Positions 1 to 8,978 of a stretch of DNA of 64,000 nt are shown here, in pieces. The DNA lies in the IMG/VR virus record IMGVR_UViG_3300005537_000024, positions 1 through 64,000 of that record; one strand, written 5' to 3'. The notes beneath the pieces were generated by a model. It saw only the letters and a list, made by a program, of their open reading frames with translations. It was not told the origin of the DNA and ran no database searches. Origin of the DNA: a virus. The first letter of the stretch is position 1. The number at the start of each line of letters is the position of its first letter. A program made the position numbers and the translations under genes.

Positions 1-128
1 AGACGCGCCAGGACAAGGGCGAGGGCGCCAAGGTCGGCGGCGGCGCGGTCTGGGGCTACATCGTCGGCGCCGCGGGGCTCGTGATCGCCGCGGCGACGCT
101 GGTCGCCCTCGTATTGCGTCGTGGCTAA
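1..128 (+). CDS. Partial membrane protein (5' truncated), possibly lysis module
   Basis: Frame 3 reads ...QDKGEGAKVGGGAVWGYIVGAAGLVIAAATLVALVLRRG*, a C-terminal TM helix. Confidence 0.55.
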   Translation, partial: TRQDKGEGAKVGGGAVWGYIVGAAGLVIAAATLVALVLRRG

Positions 129-333
129 GGGCCGCCGGACCTTGTTCCGCGGGCATATGGCCTGCCGGATGATCCGCAAGAACAACGGCGTGACCGACCT
201 GCTGCTCGTCCAAGAAGCCGGTCACGAAAGCAAGATCCAGCTCTGGGTCCTAATGAACATCGCGTCCGACCATGCGTTGGGCCTAAGCGACGGCGAGGAG
301 CTGTTCGTCGAGGTGAGGAGGTCCATGCCGTGA
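121..333 (+). CDS. Hypothetical protein
   Basis: 70 aa ORF overlapping the upstream stop; GC3-biased codons. Confidence 0.5.
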   Translation: MAKGRRTLFRGHMACRMIRKNNGVTDLLLVQEAGHESKIQLWVLMNIASDHALGLSDGEELFVEVRRSMP

Positions 334-404
334 GCAATTTTAGCCATACGCCGGGTCCGCGGCGCTGCTATAAGCCGTCCATGCCCTAACATGAGGAGCG
401 ACCT

Positions 405-629
405 ATGCAATTCGTCTCGATCATCATCGCGGTCGTCGTCCTCGCGCTCATCTGGTGGGCCTACACGCAGCTCATCCCGATGGCGAAGCTACAGGGCAAC
501 TTCGCGACGCTCGTGAACGTGATCGTCGTCGTCGCGATGGTCTGCTGCGTCATCTGGTTCGTCGTCCTGCCGCTCGCGGCGATCCTGTTCGGGATGCTCA
601 GCGGCGGCGGGTTCCACGTCCCGCGGTGA
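405..629 (+). CDS. Small two-TM membrane protein (holin-like candidate)
   Basis: GAGGAG RBS; two hydrophobic helices in 74 aa. Confidence 0.65.
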   Translation: MQFVSIIIAVVVLALIWWAYTQLIPMAKLQGNFATLVNVIVVVAMVCCVIWFVVLPLAAILFGMLSGGGFHVPR

Positions 630-630
630 C

Positions 631-852
631 CTAGTCGTCGACGGTCAGCCACTCGCGGACGTACTGCGAGATGGCGGTGACCTCCGCGTCCGTGAGCGGC
701 GGGTCGAAGTCGTCCTCCGTGATGACCCACCCGGGCTTGTGCCCGCCGGAGAGCCACCAGTTCGGGAAGTCTCCGTTCCACGAGCCGTCGACCCAGACCT
801 CGTACGTTTGGCCGCGGAGCTCGTAGTCCTCGGTGATTAGACGTTCGGCCAT
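631..852 (-). CDS. Hypothetical acidic protein
   Basis: Last ORF of leftward operon; coding-like composition. Confidence 0.6.
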   Translation of the reverse strand: MAERLITEDYELRGQTYEVWVDGSWNGDFPNWWLSGGHKPGWVITEDDFDPPLTDAEVTAISQYVREWLTVDD

Positions 853-856
853 CGCC

Positions 857-1486
857 CTACCCCAGGAGCTGGAACGAGGACCGCGCGAGCCTGCGCTTCA
901 TGAAGCGCGGGAAGGCCCAGGCGCCCTGCGGCCCGCAGCGTTTCTTGAACCGCTGTAACAGCCGGGCGTGGAGCACCTGGAGGCCGTGGTCTTCTATCCA
1001 CAAGTCGTGCCACGCGTAGTCCCATGGCCCGGCGAGCGGGATCGTCAGGGCGTCGCCGCAGTGGACCTGCACGCGCGGTTCGCCGGCGAACTCCTCCCCG
1101 ACGACGCGGACGATGTCTCGGTCGATCTCGACCACGTCGACGAGGTCCACGTCGGGGTTCGCGAGGAGCCCGCGCACGACGCAGCCGAGCCCGAGACCGG
1201 TGACGAGCACGCGCCCGCGCGCGCGGAGCCAGATGGGAAGGTGCTTGCGGAGCTCGATCCTGCCGTCCTCCAGGACGATCTCGCCGCGGGACTGGTGCAG
1301 GGTCGCCCCGGTGAACCGGGAGAGGACCGTCTGCGAGTCGAACCCGGTGATGAACCGCTCGACGGTGTTGGCCGGGAACTCGATGCGCTCGATCTTCCAG
1401 AGGCCGAACTCCTGCGGCTCGAGCGAGCGCGGGCAGCGGGCGGCTTCGAGGTAGTCGCGGGGCCTTAGTTTAGCGGTGCCGTGCAT
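857..1486 (-). CDS. Class I SAM-dependent methyltransferase (spermidine-synthase-like fold)
   Basis: VLVTGLGLG glycine loop, VVEID acidic motif, CGDA, WHDLW. Confidence 0.75.
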   Translation of the reverse strand: MHGTAKLRPRDYLEAARCPRSLEPQEFGLWKIERIEFPANTVERFITGFDSQTVLSRFTGATLHQSRGEIVLEDGRIELRKHLPIWLRARGRVLVTGLGLGCVVRGLLANPDVDLVDVVEIDRDIVRVVGEEFAGEPRVQVHCGDALTIPLAGPWDYAWHDLWIEDHGLQVLHARLLQRFKKRCGPQGAWAFPRFMKRRLARSSFQLLG

Positions 1487-1958
1487 CGAACTTCCTCCCC
1501 TTCGGGAACGGCCGGGACGGCCACTTGCGCTTCGCGGCGCGGCGCTTCGCCTTCACCCACGCGTCCATCGGGTCCGGCTTCGCCGCCCGGCGGGCGCGCT
1601 TGATCAGGACCCGGTCGGGGTGCTGCGCGCCGTCCCCGCGAACTTGAGTCTTGATGTGGTGCGCGTGCGCGGTACGATAGACCAAATACTCGGGGTCGTT
1701 CGCCGCGGGAACGTAGCGGACGACCTCACCCCTCCCATTCTTGAACTGCTGGCGGGTCGCGAGCGCGGGGTCGTGGTCGAGGCGGAGCTCGGCGTCGCCG
1801 AGGAGCGAGGAGAGCTTCGCGAGGAGCATAGCGAGGAGGGCGGCATGGCCCCCGCGCGTCTGCGCGAGGACGTCGTCGGGCCAAAGCTCGCCGAGCTGGC
1901 GAAGGGCCACGCGGCAGCGGACCTCGACGGGGACGTGGGGGCGGTAGAGGCGGGGCAA
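1470..1958 (-). CDS. HNH-like protein
   Basis: TTG start after GGAGG; LDHDPAL...ANDP...HxxKT pattern of phage HNH proteins. Confidence 0.5.
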   Translation of the reverse strand: MPRLYRPHVPVEVRCRVALRQLGELWPDDVLAQTRGGHAALLAMLLAKLSSLLGDAELRLDHDPALATRQQFKNGRGEVVRYVPAANDPEYLVYRTAHAHHIKTQVRGDGAQHPDRVLIKRARRAAKPDPMDAWVKAKRRAAKRKWPSRPFPKGRKFDARHR

Positions 1959-1960
1959 CG

Positions 1961-2266
1961 TCAAGCCTCCCTGCGCCTGCGATCCTGGGGCAGGTCCAAG
2001 GCGTTGTCGTCCGGGAGCGAGAGCTTCTGGGTCGCAACGATCTGGTCGACCGTCTGCTTCCACATGCGAATCTGCCGCATGAGGTCCTGCATCGCGTGGT
2101 ACGCGTCGGCGGGGACCTCGTAGGTCGACCATCGGTGCGGGCACGCCAAGCACTTCCGGCGGCGCCTAACTATCGGCGCGCTCCCGGTCGCGAGCGGGCG
2201 GCTGTCGGTGATCCGGACCCTCGGCCCGCCGCACGCCGGGCACCGATGCGCGTAACTAACGGTCAT
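1961..2266 (-). CDS. NrdR-like N-terminal zinc-ribbon protein without ATP-cone
   Basis: CPACG...ITDSR...VRRRRKCLACPHRWSTYE matches the NrdR Zn ribbon. Confidence 0.8.
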   Translation of the reverse strand: MTVSYAHRCPACGGPRVRITDSRPLATGSAPIVRRRRKCLACPHRWSTYEVPADAYHAMQDLMRQIRMWKQTVDQIVATQKLSLPDDNALDLPQDRRRREA

Positions 2267-2589
2267 CCGAGCTTCTCCCGTTCAAGGGCGATGCGTACGG
2301 CCGGCCACCGGCCAACGAGTTCCTCCCCGACGCCCCGCAGGGCGCGGGCGCGGCTCTCCGGGTCCCTGGCGAGGCGGACGGCCTCGAGCCTGCTCCCGAG
2401 GGCGCGGGAGGCGACGGAGGTCGCCCCGTTGAGCCGGCCGCGCAGGTCCCTCGCGATCGCCTTGAGGACGCGGTAGGTCCGCTCCTCGGACGTGCCCTCC
2501 TGGGACCGGGCCCAGCGGAACTCCTCGATCAGGCGCTCGACCTCGAGGAGCTGCTCGCCGACGTCGAACTCCTCCCCGCGCGCCCTCAT
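2263..2589 (-). CDS. Hypothetical protein
   Basis: ATG coupled to upstream stop; helical 108 aa. Confidence 0.55.
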   Translation of the reverse strand: MRARGEEFDVGEQLLEVERLIEEFRWARSQEGTSEERTYRVLKAIARDLRGRLNGATSVASRALGSRLEAVRLARDPESRARALRGVGEELVGRWPAVRIALEREKLG

Positions 2590-2759
2590 GCTTTCAGCCA
2601 CGCGTCGTAGTCGCGGACCGCGTTGATCGCCGCTCGCGCCTGCTTCATGTATTGCTCCTTGACCTCGGGAGGGGCGGCGGCGGTCTCCCACACGTCCCAC
2701 CCGCCGTTCCGCTCCTTGCAGATCGCCCGCGCGACCTTCTCGGTGAGGATCTTGCTCAC
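2586..2759 (-). CDS. Hypothetical phage protein
   Basis: GTGA overlap; EKVARAIC...YMKQARAAI motif common in small phage proteins. Confidence 0.6.
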   Translation of the reverse strand: MSKILTEKVARAICKERNGGWDVWETAAAPPEVKEQYMKQARAAINAVRDYDAWLKA

Positions 2760-2926
2760 GGCCACCTCCACTCGCCGGTTTGTATCCACCGCAGGCGCGC
2801 GACGGCGGAGGCGCCGAGGGCGTAGCAGAGGACGCCGGCCACGACGGGGTCGTGGGAAACCGTGACGACGAACACCACGGCGACGAGCGCCGCCAGGTCG
2901 ATCGCTACTCGAAACGTCTTAGGCAT
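2756..2926 (-). CDS. Small membrane protein
   Basis: 56 aa ORF not in the track (MPKTFRVAIDLAALVAVVFVV...); two hydrophobic stretches; coupled at both ends. Confidence 0.5.
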   Translation of the reverse strand: MPKTFRVAIDLAALVAVVFVVTVSHDPVVAGVLCYALGASAVARLRWIQTGEWRWP

Positions 2927-3470
2927 TCTTCCCCGCCTCCTTCCGCAGCGTCCCGCGCGAGACGCCGACCATGTGCTCGAGCCTGCCGAGGACGGCCTTC
3001 TTCGACGCCTCGAACTCGTCCTTGCCCATCGCCGCGGCGCTCTGCGACTTCGGCTCGAAGATGCGGACGATATTGCCGCGGACGGCGATCACGACGAACT
3101 CGTTGAACCGGCGGACGCCCTTGGCGAGCTCCATCGCGTGCTCGGGGCTATCGCAGACGTAGTTGTTCTCCGTGCAGAACCCCTCCATCACGAGCGCCCA
3201 CTTCCTAAAGTGCTCGGAGGTCGGGAACCGCGTCTCTCCCTCGGGGAGGTTCTCGAACCCCTCGTTGAGGGCGGCAAAAAAGTGGTTATGGGAGGCGCGG
3301 GAGCGCGGCTCGATCGGCGCGAGCGGGTACTCCTCGCCCTCCTCGAACTGCCGCTTGCAGACGTTGCCGTAGCGCGGGAGCGGGACCATCGCGAGCCGGC
3401 GCTCGGCGACGCCGTCCGCGTCGACCACGTCGACCTCGCGCCAGACGAAAACGACCGGGAGGGTCCTCAC
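2919..3470 (-). CDS. NinB/DUF1367-like recombination-associated protein
   Basis: GTG start coupled to upstream stop; PRSRASHNHFFA and SEHFRKWAL motifs. Confidence 0.5.
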   Translation of the reverse strand: MRTLPVVFVWREVDVVDADGVAERRLAMVPLPRYGNVCKRQFEEGEEYPLAPIEPRSRASHNHFFAALNEGFENLPEGETRFPTSEHFRKWALVMEGFCTENNYVCDSPEHAMELAKGVRRFNEFVVIAVRGNIVRIFEPKSQSAAAMGKDEFEASKKAVLGRLEHMVGVSRGTLRKEAGKNA

Positions 3471-3871
3471 GCGAGCGGCTCCCACCGAACGAGGACGCCC
3501 TCGAAGACGGAGAGGCCGTGCTCCTCGCGCCAGAACGAGCGCATATCGGCGAAGTCGGAGAATCCGTCCGACCTCGCGAACTTGTCGAGTATGTCGGTCC
3601 GGATGAAAGCCTGACGGTTGACAGCGACGAGCCCCGTGAAGTCGAGCTTGACGTAGTCGACGCCGGCGCAGCGCGCGCGGCCGATCAGGAAGCACCCCTT
3701 GGTCCGCATCCCGCAGTAGAGCTGGAGCTCCTCGCCGGGGCGGGCGTGGCGCCTGCGGTCGGCGCGGATCGTCTGCCGCTTCGGGCATATACCCGCTTGG
3801 TCGGGATACGCCGATGCGAGGCCGCGCCGGATCGGTTCGACGAACCGCCGCTTGAACGAGTACGCGACCAT
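3467..3871 (-). CDS. ASCH/PUA-like domain protein
   Basis: YSFKRRF...KRQTIR...GEELQLYCGMRTK is the ASCH-type signature. Confidence 0.7.
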   Translation of the reverse strand: MVAYSFKRRFVEPIRRGLASAYPDQAGICPKRQTIRADRRRHARPGEELQLYCGMRTKGCFLIGRARCAGVDYVKLDFTGLVAVNRQAFIRTDILDKFARSDGFSDFADMRSFWREEHGLSVFEGVLVRWEPLA

Positions 3872-4572
3872 CAGCGGACGCTCCCCTTCGCCTTGACGCG
3901 CTCGACGAGGCGCCGGAGGTCGAAGGCGAAGACCTGCACGGCGCTTATGATCTGCGCGATGTAGTGGTCGTCGCGCTCGACCCGGAACGTCGGGCTGACC
4001 GGCATCCCGGAATAGAAGACCTTGAGGTCGCACCACTTGCGCCCGGTCACCCAGAGCCCGCCGTGGACCTGAGCGCGGTGTTCCGTCGGGAAGCGGCCCT
4101 TGTCGACTAGCTCGATAAGCAGGTCGGGGCGCATCGTCTTGACCTCGAGCAGGCCGTCGTCGCCGACGAACCCGTCCGGGCTGCAACCGACGACGAGGTC
4201 CTCGCCGAGGGGATTGTGGATCGTCCGGCGGACGAAGCCGACGCGCTCGACGCGGACGCGGCGCGTGAACGCGTAGTGCTCGACCGCCTCGGCCTCCATC
4301 ATGTTGCCGCGGCGCATGGCGTCGTTCTGGAACGCCTCGGCGGGCTGGCCGCTAAGGATCTCGCCGGCGAGCTGGTTGAGGAGCTTTGCGCGGGTCTTCG
4401 ACTCCCCGCCGTCCCTGCCGTCGGCCATGATCGCGGCGAAGACGGACGAGGTCGGGAAACCGAGGCGCAGGCCGAACCACTCGGCGGAGCCCTGGGGGTA
4501 CTCGTCGCTGCTGAACACCGTCACGTCGGCGGCGGCGGGCGGCTTCCTCTTGTGGGCGGGGCGCGGGGTCAT
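3871..4572 (-). CDS. YqaJ-type (lambda-like) exonuclease
   Basis: QGSAEWFGLRLG, MRRGNMME, GCSPDG...LLEVK PD-(D/E)xK motifs. Confidence 0.9.
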   Translation of the reverse strand: MTPRPAHKRKPPAAADVTVFSSDEYPQGSAEWFGLRLGFPTSSVFAAIMADGRDGGESKTRAKLLNQLAGEILSGQPAEAFQNDAMRRGNMMEAEAVEHYAFTRRVRVERVGFVRRTIHNPLGEDLVVGCSPDGFVGDDGLLEVKTMRPDLLIELVDKGRFPTEHRAQVHGGLWVTGRKWCDLKVFYSGMPVSPTFRVERDDHYIAQIISAVQVFAFDLRRLVERVKAKGSVR

Positions 4573-4589
4573 CTTGGGAATTTTAGTCC

Positions 4590-4777
4590 TTGGTTCGGAG
4601 GATGGCAAAGCGGTCCCGCCCGGGGGCCTCTGCTCGGGGCCGCGCGCGCCTCTCGGGGGTACACCGGGAAGCCGGCGCGAGCGGCTGAAAAGCCTCGGGC
4701 CTTGCCGGGCGGGGGTCGTTCCGGGGCAGTAGCAGACCCCGGACTCGCTGCTCGGGGGCAGGGTCGGATAACGGTTC
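4590..4777. ncRNA. Candidate structured RNA or cis-regulatory element
   Basis: Non-coding gap in a packed operon; nested stems 4615-4623/4705-4713, GGCT-GAAA-AGCC at 4683-4694, TCCGGGG/CCCCGGA at 4720-4743. Confidence 0.35.
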
Positions 4778-5365
4778 CTACCCCTCCGCGGCGAACTTTT
4801 TCTCCGTCTCGGGCTCGCGCCCTTCGGAGACGACCTCGCGCAGCTCGCGCATTACGGCCTCCGCGGACGGCACGCGGGGCGCCGGCCAGGGCCGCTCCCC
4901 GAGGGCGAGCGGCGGGGCCTGGAGGGACGAGAGCACGTCCCGCGCCCGGTTGGCGGTCACGACCTGGTCGATCAGGTGCTCTCGCTCCTCCTCGAGCCGC
5001 TGGCAGCGGGCGTGGACGGAGACGCGGTCGTTGTGCATGCGGGAGGCGGTGTCGACCATGCGGGAGAGGGCATCGCGCGTGGCGGCGACGCGGTCGCGCA
5101 TCTCCTCGTGCAGCGGCAGGGCGGCCTCCGGGACTTCCTGGGGCTGCGGGCGCGGAGCCCGGGCGAGCGCGGCCCTCTCCTCCCGCCGCTCGGCCTCGCG
5201 CCCCTCGCGGTGGAATGAGACCGAGAACCCGAGGACCGCGGCGAACGCCGCCCCGGCAGCGACGAGGGCGACGTTGACGCTGTCCGGAGCGAGCAGGAAG
5301 GCGACCGCGACGCCGCCCATGACGAACCCGCACCCGCACTGGACGACCCTATGCCAGTTAACCAT
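4778..5365 (-). CDS. Membrane-anchored coiled-coil protein
   Basis: Two N-terminal TM segments then a charged heptad region; GAGG RBS. Confidence 0.6.
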   Translation of the reverse strand: MVNWHRVVQCGCGFVMGGVAVAFLLAPDSVNVALVAAGAAFAAVLGFSVSFHREGREAERREERAALARAPRPQPQEVPEAALPLHEEMRDRVAATRDALSRMVDTASRMHNDRVSVHARCQRLEEEREHLIDQVVTANRARDVLSSLQAPPLALGERPWPAPRVPSAEAVMRELREVVSEGREPETEKKFAAEG

Positions 5366-5573
5366 TGACCTCTCCTCTTTTCTTGACCTCGGCGAGCACA
5401 AACAGCCGGACCGCGGACGACAGGTTGACGACCCCGTCGTCGAGCTGACTAACGATCGCGGACGGCGTCGTCCGCCGACGCGCGCAGATCAGTTTCAGCT
5501 CGCGCAGGAACTCGGGTTCAAGCGAGATCCCGGTCCTGTGCCCGTTCACGACGACGCTCAACTTCTTAATCAC
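5358..5573 (-). CDS. Ribbon-helix-helix (RHH_4-type) DNA-binding protein
   Basis: KLSVVVNGHRTGISLEPEF...NLSSAVRLFVL, typical alphaproteobacterial RHH_4. Confidence 0.85.
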   Translation of the reverse strand: MIKKLSVVVNGHRTGISLEPEFLRELKLICARRRTTPSAIVSQLDDGVVNLSSAVRLFVLAEVKKRGEVNG

Positions 5574-6565
5574 GACGCTTTCTTCCCCTCGCGTTCTTTC
5601 TTGTTCGCCTCGTAGGACCGGAGGTCGGCGATCGCCTCCTCGAGGCGGGAGCGAGGTAGGTCGGCGAGCGCCGCGAGCTCCGGGTGGCCTTTCGGGCGCG
5701 TCTCGCTCAGGTGCTTGATAAGGTGCTCGTTCGGGCACCCGACCGCGTCGCGGAACTCGCAGAGGCGCGCGAGTTCCTCGTCGTTGAGGGCCTCGCCGAC
5801 GACGACCGGGCGGCCGGCAGACTTGCCATCGTCGTCCTCGCCCTGGGCGACGAGCCCGAGTGAGGCGAAGGCGGTGTGCCGCTTCGCGTAGGACACGGAG
5901 GACGCCCACGCCTGGACGTTGTTCTTGCTCCCGCCCGTGTCGGCCGGGAGGTCGAAGTAGCAGGAGTCGTCGGTGTGCCCGTGGCCGCGGAGGACCGCAG
6001 TGACGCGTATACGCCCGTCCGGGGCGGTCCCGATCCGGTGCGTGATGGCGAGCCCGTGCCGCGCTAGGACCGGCTTGATCAGCGGGAGGACGGTCTCCCA
6101 CTTGGCGTACGGCGTCGCCTGCGACCGGGTCTTGCCGCCCTGGGGCCGGTCCCGCGCCTCGACGACGATCCGGCCGTCCTTGGTCAGGACCGGGAGTTCC
6201 GGCGCGGCGTCGATCATCGCCCGGTCGAAGTCGACCCGGGCCTGCCGGTCGAGGAGGCGCTCCTGGATCTGCAAAAGCCGCTCAAATTTCTCCGCATCGA
6301 CTTCCTTTACGCCCGCGAGGCGCTCGATCATCTCCGTGATCCCGACGACGGCCGGAACGGGGATAGCCTGCGGCGGGCCGGAGTTGCCCGCCGGCTGGCC
6401 TTTCGCCGCCCCCCTCTTACGGGGCGCGGCGATCAGCTCCCCCTTGCCGGCGGGGCCTCCGGGCTGATCCGCGGGCGCCTCCGCCGAAACGGTCGGTTCG
6501 GCCCCCGGGACGGTCGCGAACAGGCTGTCCTCCGGGGTCGCCTTGGTCTTCGCTTTCTTGGTCAT
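5570..6565 (-). CDS. erf: ERF-family single-strand annealing protein
   Basis: YAKWE..IKPVLARHGL and SSVSYAKRH...GEDDDG ERF motifs. Confidence 0.9.
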   Translation of the reverse strand: MTKKAKTKATPEDSLFATVPGAEPTVSAEAPADQPGGPAGKGELIAAPRKRGAAKGQPAGNSGPPQAIPVPAVVGITEMIERLAGVKEVDAEKFERLLQIQERLLDRQARVDFDRAMIDAAPELPVLTKDGRIVVEARDRPQGGKTRSQATPYAKWETVLPLIKPVLARHGLAITHRIGTAPDGRIRVTAVLRGHGHTDDSCYFDLPADTGGSKNNVQAWASSVSYAKRHTAFASLGLVAQGEDDDGKSAGRPVVVGEALNDEELARLCEFRDAVGCPNEHLIKHLSETRPKGHPELAALADLPRSRLEEAIADLRSYEANKKEREGKKAS

Positions 6566-6885
6566 CGTTCAATCTCCACCATTGGCCACCGACCGCCGTC
6601 GATGGCGAGCTTCGCTGCGAACATCACGCCATCGTTGAAGATAGTTCCATGCTTGCCGAGCGTCGGCGGCGGACCTTTCGCATCCATCGCGATCGCGATG
6701 GGTCGGACTTGGCTCGCCTTGATGTACCCGACGTGGACGCCGCGGGCCCAGACTTGGACCGCGTTCGGGTCATAGCGGTTGTCGGGCTCGCGGACGAGCG
6801 TCAGGGGCTCGCCCCGCGGGAGGGAGGAGACGAGCCCCTCCGTCCCGCGGTGCTTCATGCCGACGAGGGCGACTAGCGACTTCAC
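6562..6885 (-). CDS. HIRAN domain protein
   Basis: [16 protein letters not shown]...HVGYI signature. Confidence 0.88.
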   Translation of the reverse strand: MKSLVALVGMKHRGTEGLVSSLPRGEPLTLVREPDNRYDPNAVQVWARGVHVGYIKASQVRPIAIAMDAKGPPPTLGKHGTIFNDGVMFAAKLAIDGGRWPMVEIER

Positions 6886-7142
6886 CTGAGCCCCCCCTTC
6901 TCGTCGTAGAGCTGCTCGCGGCAGGCGTCGAAAAACCGGACCTTCATGCTGTCCACGTAGTCGACCCTCATCCCGGACGGGTTCGGCGCGGGGATGCAGC
7001 CCACGATTAGCTTCAGCCGCGTCTCGAGGACGGCGACCGTCGTCCGCAGGCTCTCGATCGCGCGCGGCGCCTCTTCGGCGCAGCGGTCGCAGTGACCGCA
7101 CGCGGTCCCGAGTATCCACGATCCCGTACAGATCGCGGTCAT
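6882..7142 (-). CDS. Hypothetical protein with Cys cluster
   Basis: [15 protein letters not shown]; coupled ORF. Confidence 0.55.
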   Translation of the reverse strand: MTAICTGSWILGTACGHCDRCAEEAPRAIESLRTTVAVLETRLKLIVGCIPAPNPSGMRVDYVDSMKVRFFDACREQLYDEKGGLR

Positions 7143-7636
7143 CGCGCCCTCTCCGCTAGATCGGGGCGATGCCATCGCGCCGGTTCAGCGATCGCCCTTT
7201 CAGGCGTCCAACCCTGCTCTATGCGGCTACATACGAGGCGACGGTTTAGCCCGAGAGACTTGATTACGTCGGAGAGCGGCATCCTGCGCCCGTTGACCAT
7301 GACGAACCGCGTCGTCCTGCGGTTGGCGTTCTGCTCGCCGCGGGTGGCCCAGCGAACGTTCCCCGGCTCATAATTGCCGTCGTTGTCCGGAAAGCGGTCG
7401 ATCGTGTGCTTGGACGTCGGACGCCTCCCCACATCCAGGAGGAAGTTACAGAAGCTGTCGCGCCACCGGTCGCAGACTATGATCCCTCGCCCTCCGTAGT
7501 GATCGAACCATTCGTGGTTCGGGTTTAAGCAACGGGCCTTCATGTCCTGCCAGCATTGATATTCAGGAGACCGCCGACCTTTCGGGGAATGCCCGTGGCG
7601 GAGCCCGTTCTTGTTGCCTGGTTTAGCTCCCCTCAT
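7139..7636 (-). CDS. HNH-like homing endonuclease
   Basis: [19 protein letters not shown]...[19 protein letters not shown]; lower GC than flanks. Confidence 0.85.
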   Translation of the reverse strand: MRGAKPGNKNGLRHGHSPKGRRSPEYQCWQDMKARCLNPNHEWFDHYGGRGIIVCDRWRDSFCNFLLDVGRRPTSKHTIDRFPDNDGNYEPGNVRWATRGEQNANRRTTRFVMVNGRRMPLSDVIKSLGLNRRLVCSRIEQGWTPERAIAEPARWHRPDLAERAR

Positions 7637-8544
7637 CGGACGACACTCCGGTTGCGGCGCCCGACCTCGGCGCCGTCCATCGTCTTTCGGTAGTCGTGGA
7701 CCTTCGCCCAGGCGGTCAGCGCCTGCTCGATCGCCTTGAGCGGGAGGAACGGCCAGAGGGCCTCCATGTCGAGCTTCGTCCTATCGACGACTTCCGCGTA
7801 CTTCTCCTGCCCCATCGTCGAAAGCGTCCCGTCCGCGCCCCGGGACCGCATGATGTCGGCCGGTTTCGCGAGGGTGGCGATGTGCGCCTCCTCGGCTCGC
7901 GCGGTCGAGACCGTCGCCTCGACCTTGGCGGCGTCGGCGGCGGCCTCCTGCCCGCGGGCGGCCTCGCCCTTCACCGCGATCGTCTCGGGCTTTCGAGCGC
8001 GCTCGGCGGCCAAGCGGGCCTCCTCCGCTTGGCGCGCCTCGCGGTCCGCCTTCTCCTGCGCCTCGCGCGCAAGCCTAGCCTGTTCCGCCGCCTCGCGCTC
8101 GCGCCTCGCGCGCTCCTCCGCGAGCTTTCGGTTGTCATAGTCGGTCAGCCGCGCATTAAGCACGTCGGCCGCGCCGGGGTTGTTGGTCTTCGCCCGCCGC
8201 GCGAGCTTGTCGACGAGCCCGAAGAAGAACTGGTCGACGGCCTGCCCGCCGCGGAGGTACGGCTGTTTTTCCTTGGAATGGAACGCCTCGATCGCCTTCG
8301 CGGTGTCGCGGAGGCGCTTGATTAGCGGAACGACCCGAGCCTTCGTCGCGTCGTCCTCGATCGTCTTCGGGATCTCTCGGGCCTCTTCGAGGAGCGCGGC
8401 CACGATTTGCGGCTGCCTCGCGTACTCATCCTCGAGGAAGGCGGTCGTAACGGCGGCGAAGTCGCCCTCCTCGGCGGCGATCGACCGGGCGAGGGGCGGA
8501 AAATTTGCGCCAACTTGCAGGCGCGGGTCTGCGGTCTCGTTCAA
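7633..8544 (-). CDS. Coiled-coil phage protein of the recombination region
   Basis: TTG start; GANFPP N-terminal motif, EKQPYL..GQAVD, long E/A/R-rich helix. Confidence 0.65.
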   Translation of the reverse strand: MNETADPRLQVGANFPPLARSIAAEEGDFAAVTTAFLEDEYARQPQIVAALLEEAREIPKTIEDDATKARVVPLIKRLRDTAKAIEAFHSKEKQPYLRGGQAVDQFFFGLVDKLARRAKTNNPGAADVLNARLTDYDNRKLAEERARREREAAEQARLAREAQEKADREARQAEEARLAAERARKPETIAVKGEAARGQEAAADAAKVEATVSTARAEEAHIATLAKPADIMRSRGADGTLSTMGQEKYAEVVDRTKLDMEALWPFLPLKAIEQALTAWAKVHDYRKTMDGAEVGRRNRSVVR

Positions 8545-8978
8545 AACGTGATCTCTTCGTTGTTGGGCTGGCCGGACGGCGAGCCGGAAGCGTATAGGGG
8601 CATGTCGACCGGCGGCGGCTCGACCCGGACCGGTTCGACCGGGACCGGGCACCGTTCCAGGTTCTTGCCGCGGACCGTCGCGAACTCCCCGTGCTCTCGG
8701 CGCCACGGGGACCGCTCGTCGACCCTGATCCAGACCGCGTCGTCGCAGATGGCGACGACCTCCCCGACGCAGCTAGCATCGTCCTTGCACACCACGCGCT
8801 CCCCCACGTCGAACTTGAGGAGCGCGATCCCGACGACCTTGCTGAGGGTTACCGCGAACCCGTTGTGCTCGACCTTGACGTGGACGAGGTCTTCGCCGGG
8901 CTGGACGTCGAACTTGACCTTCGCGTGGACGACGAGGACGTCGCCCTCGCGCGGCAGGTATCCTTTTGGCAGGCTCAT
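8541..8978 (-). CDS. Hypothetical protein
   Basis: ATG after GGAG; coupled ORF. Confidence 0.55.
   Translation of the reverse strand: MSLPKGYLPREGDVLVVHAKVKFDVQPGEDLVHVKVEHNGFAVTLSKVVGIALLKFDVGERVVCKDDASCVGEVVAICDDAVWIRVDERSPWRREHGEFATVRGKNLERCPVPVEPVRVEPPPVDMPLYASGSPSGQPNNEEITF

Noticed and set aside
4590-4777. tRNA or tmRNA, since the - strand has a CCA near 4591
   Set aside because: No T-loop (GTTCRA) or cloverleaf spacing; kept only as a generic structured element
4216-5339. Long Arg/Pro/Ala-rich ORFs (4216-5277 +, 4569-5339 -) and the many similar ORFs across the window
   Set aside because: Shadow frames expected at about 70% GC; they overlap better-supported genes and lack motifs and RBSs
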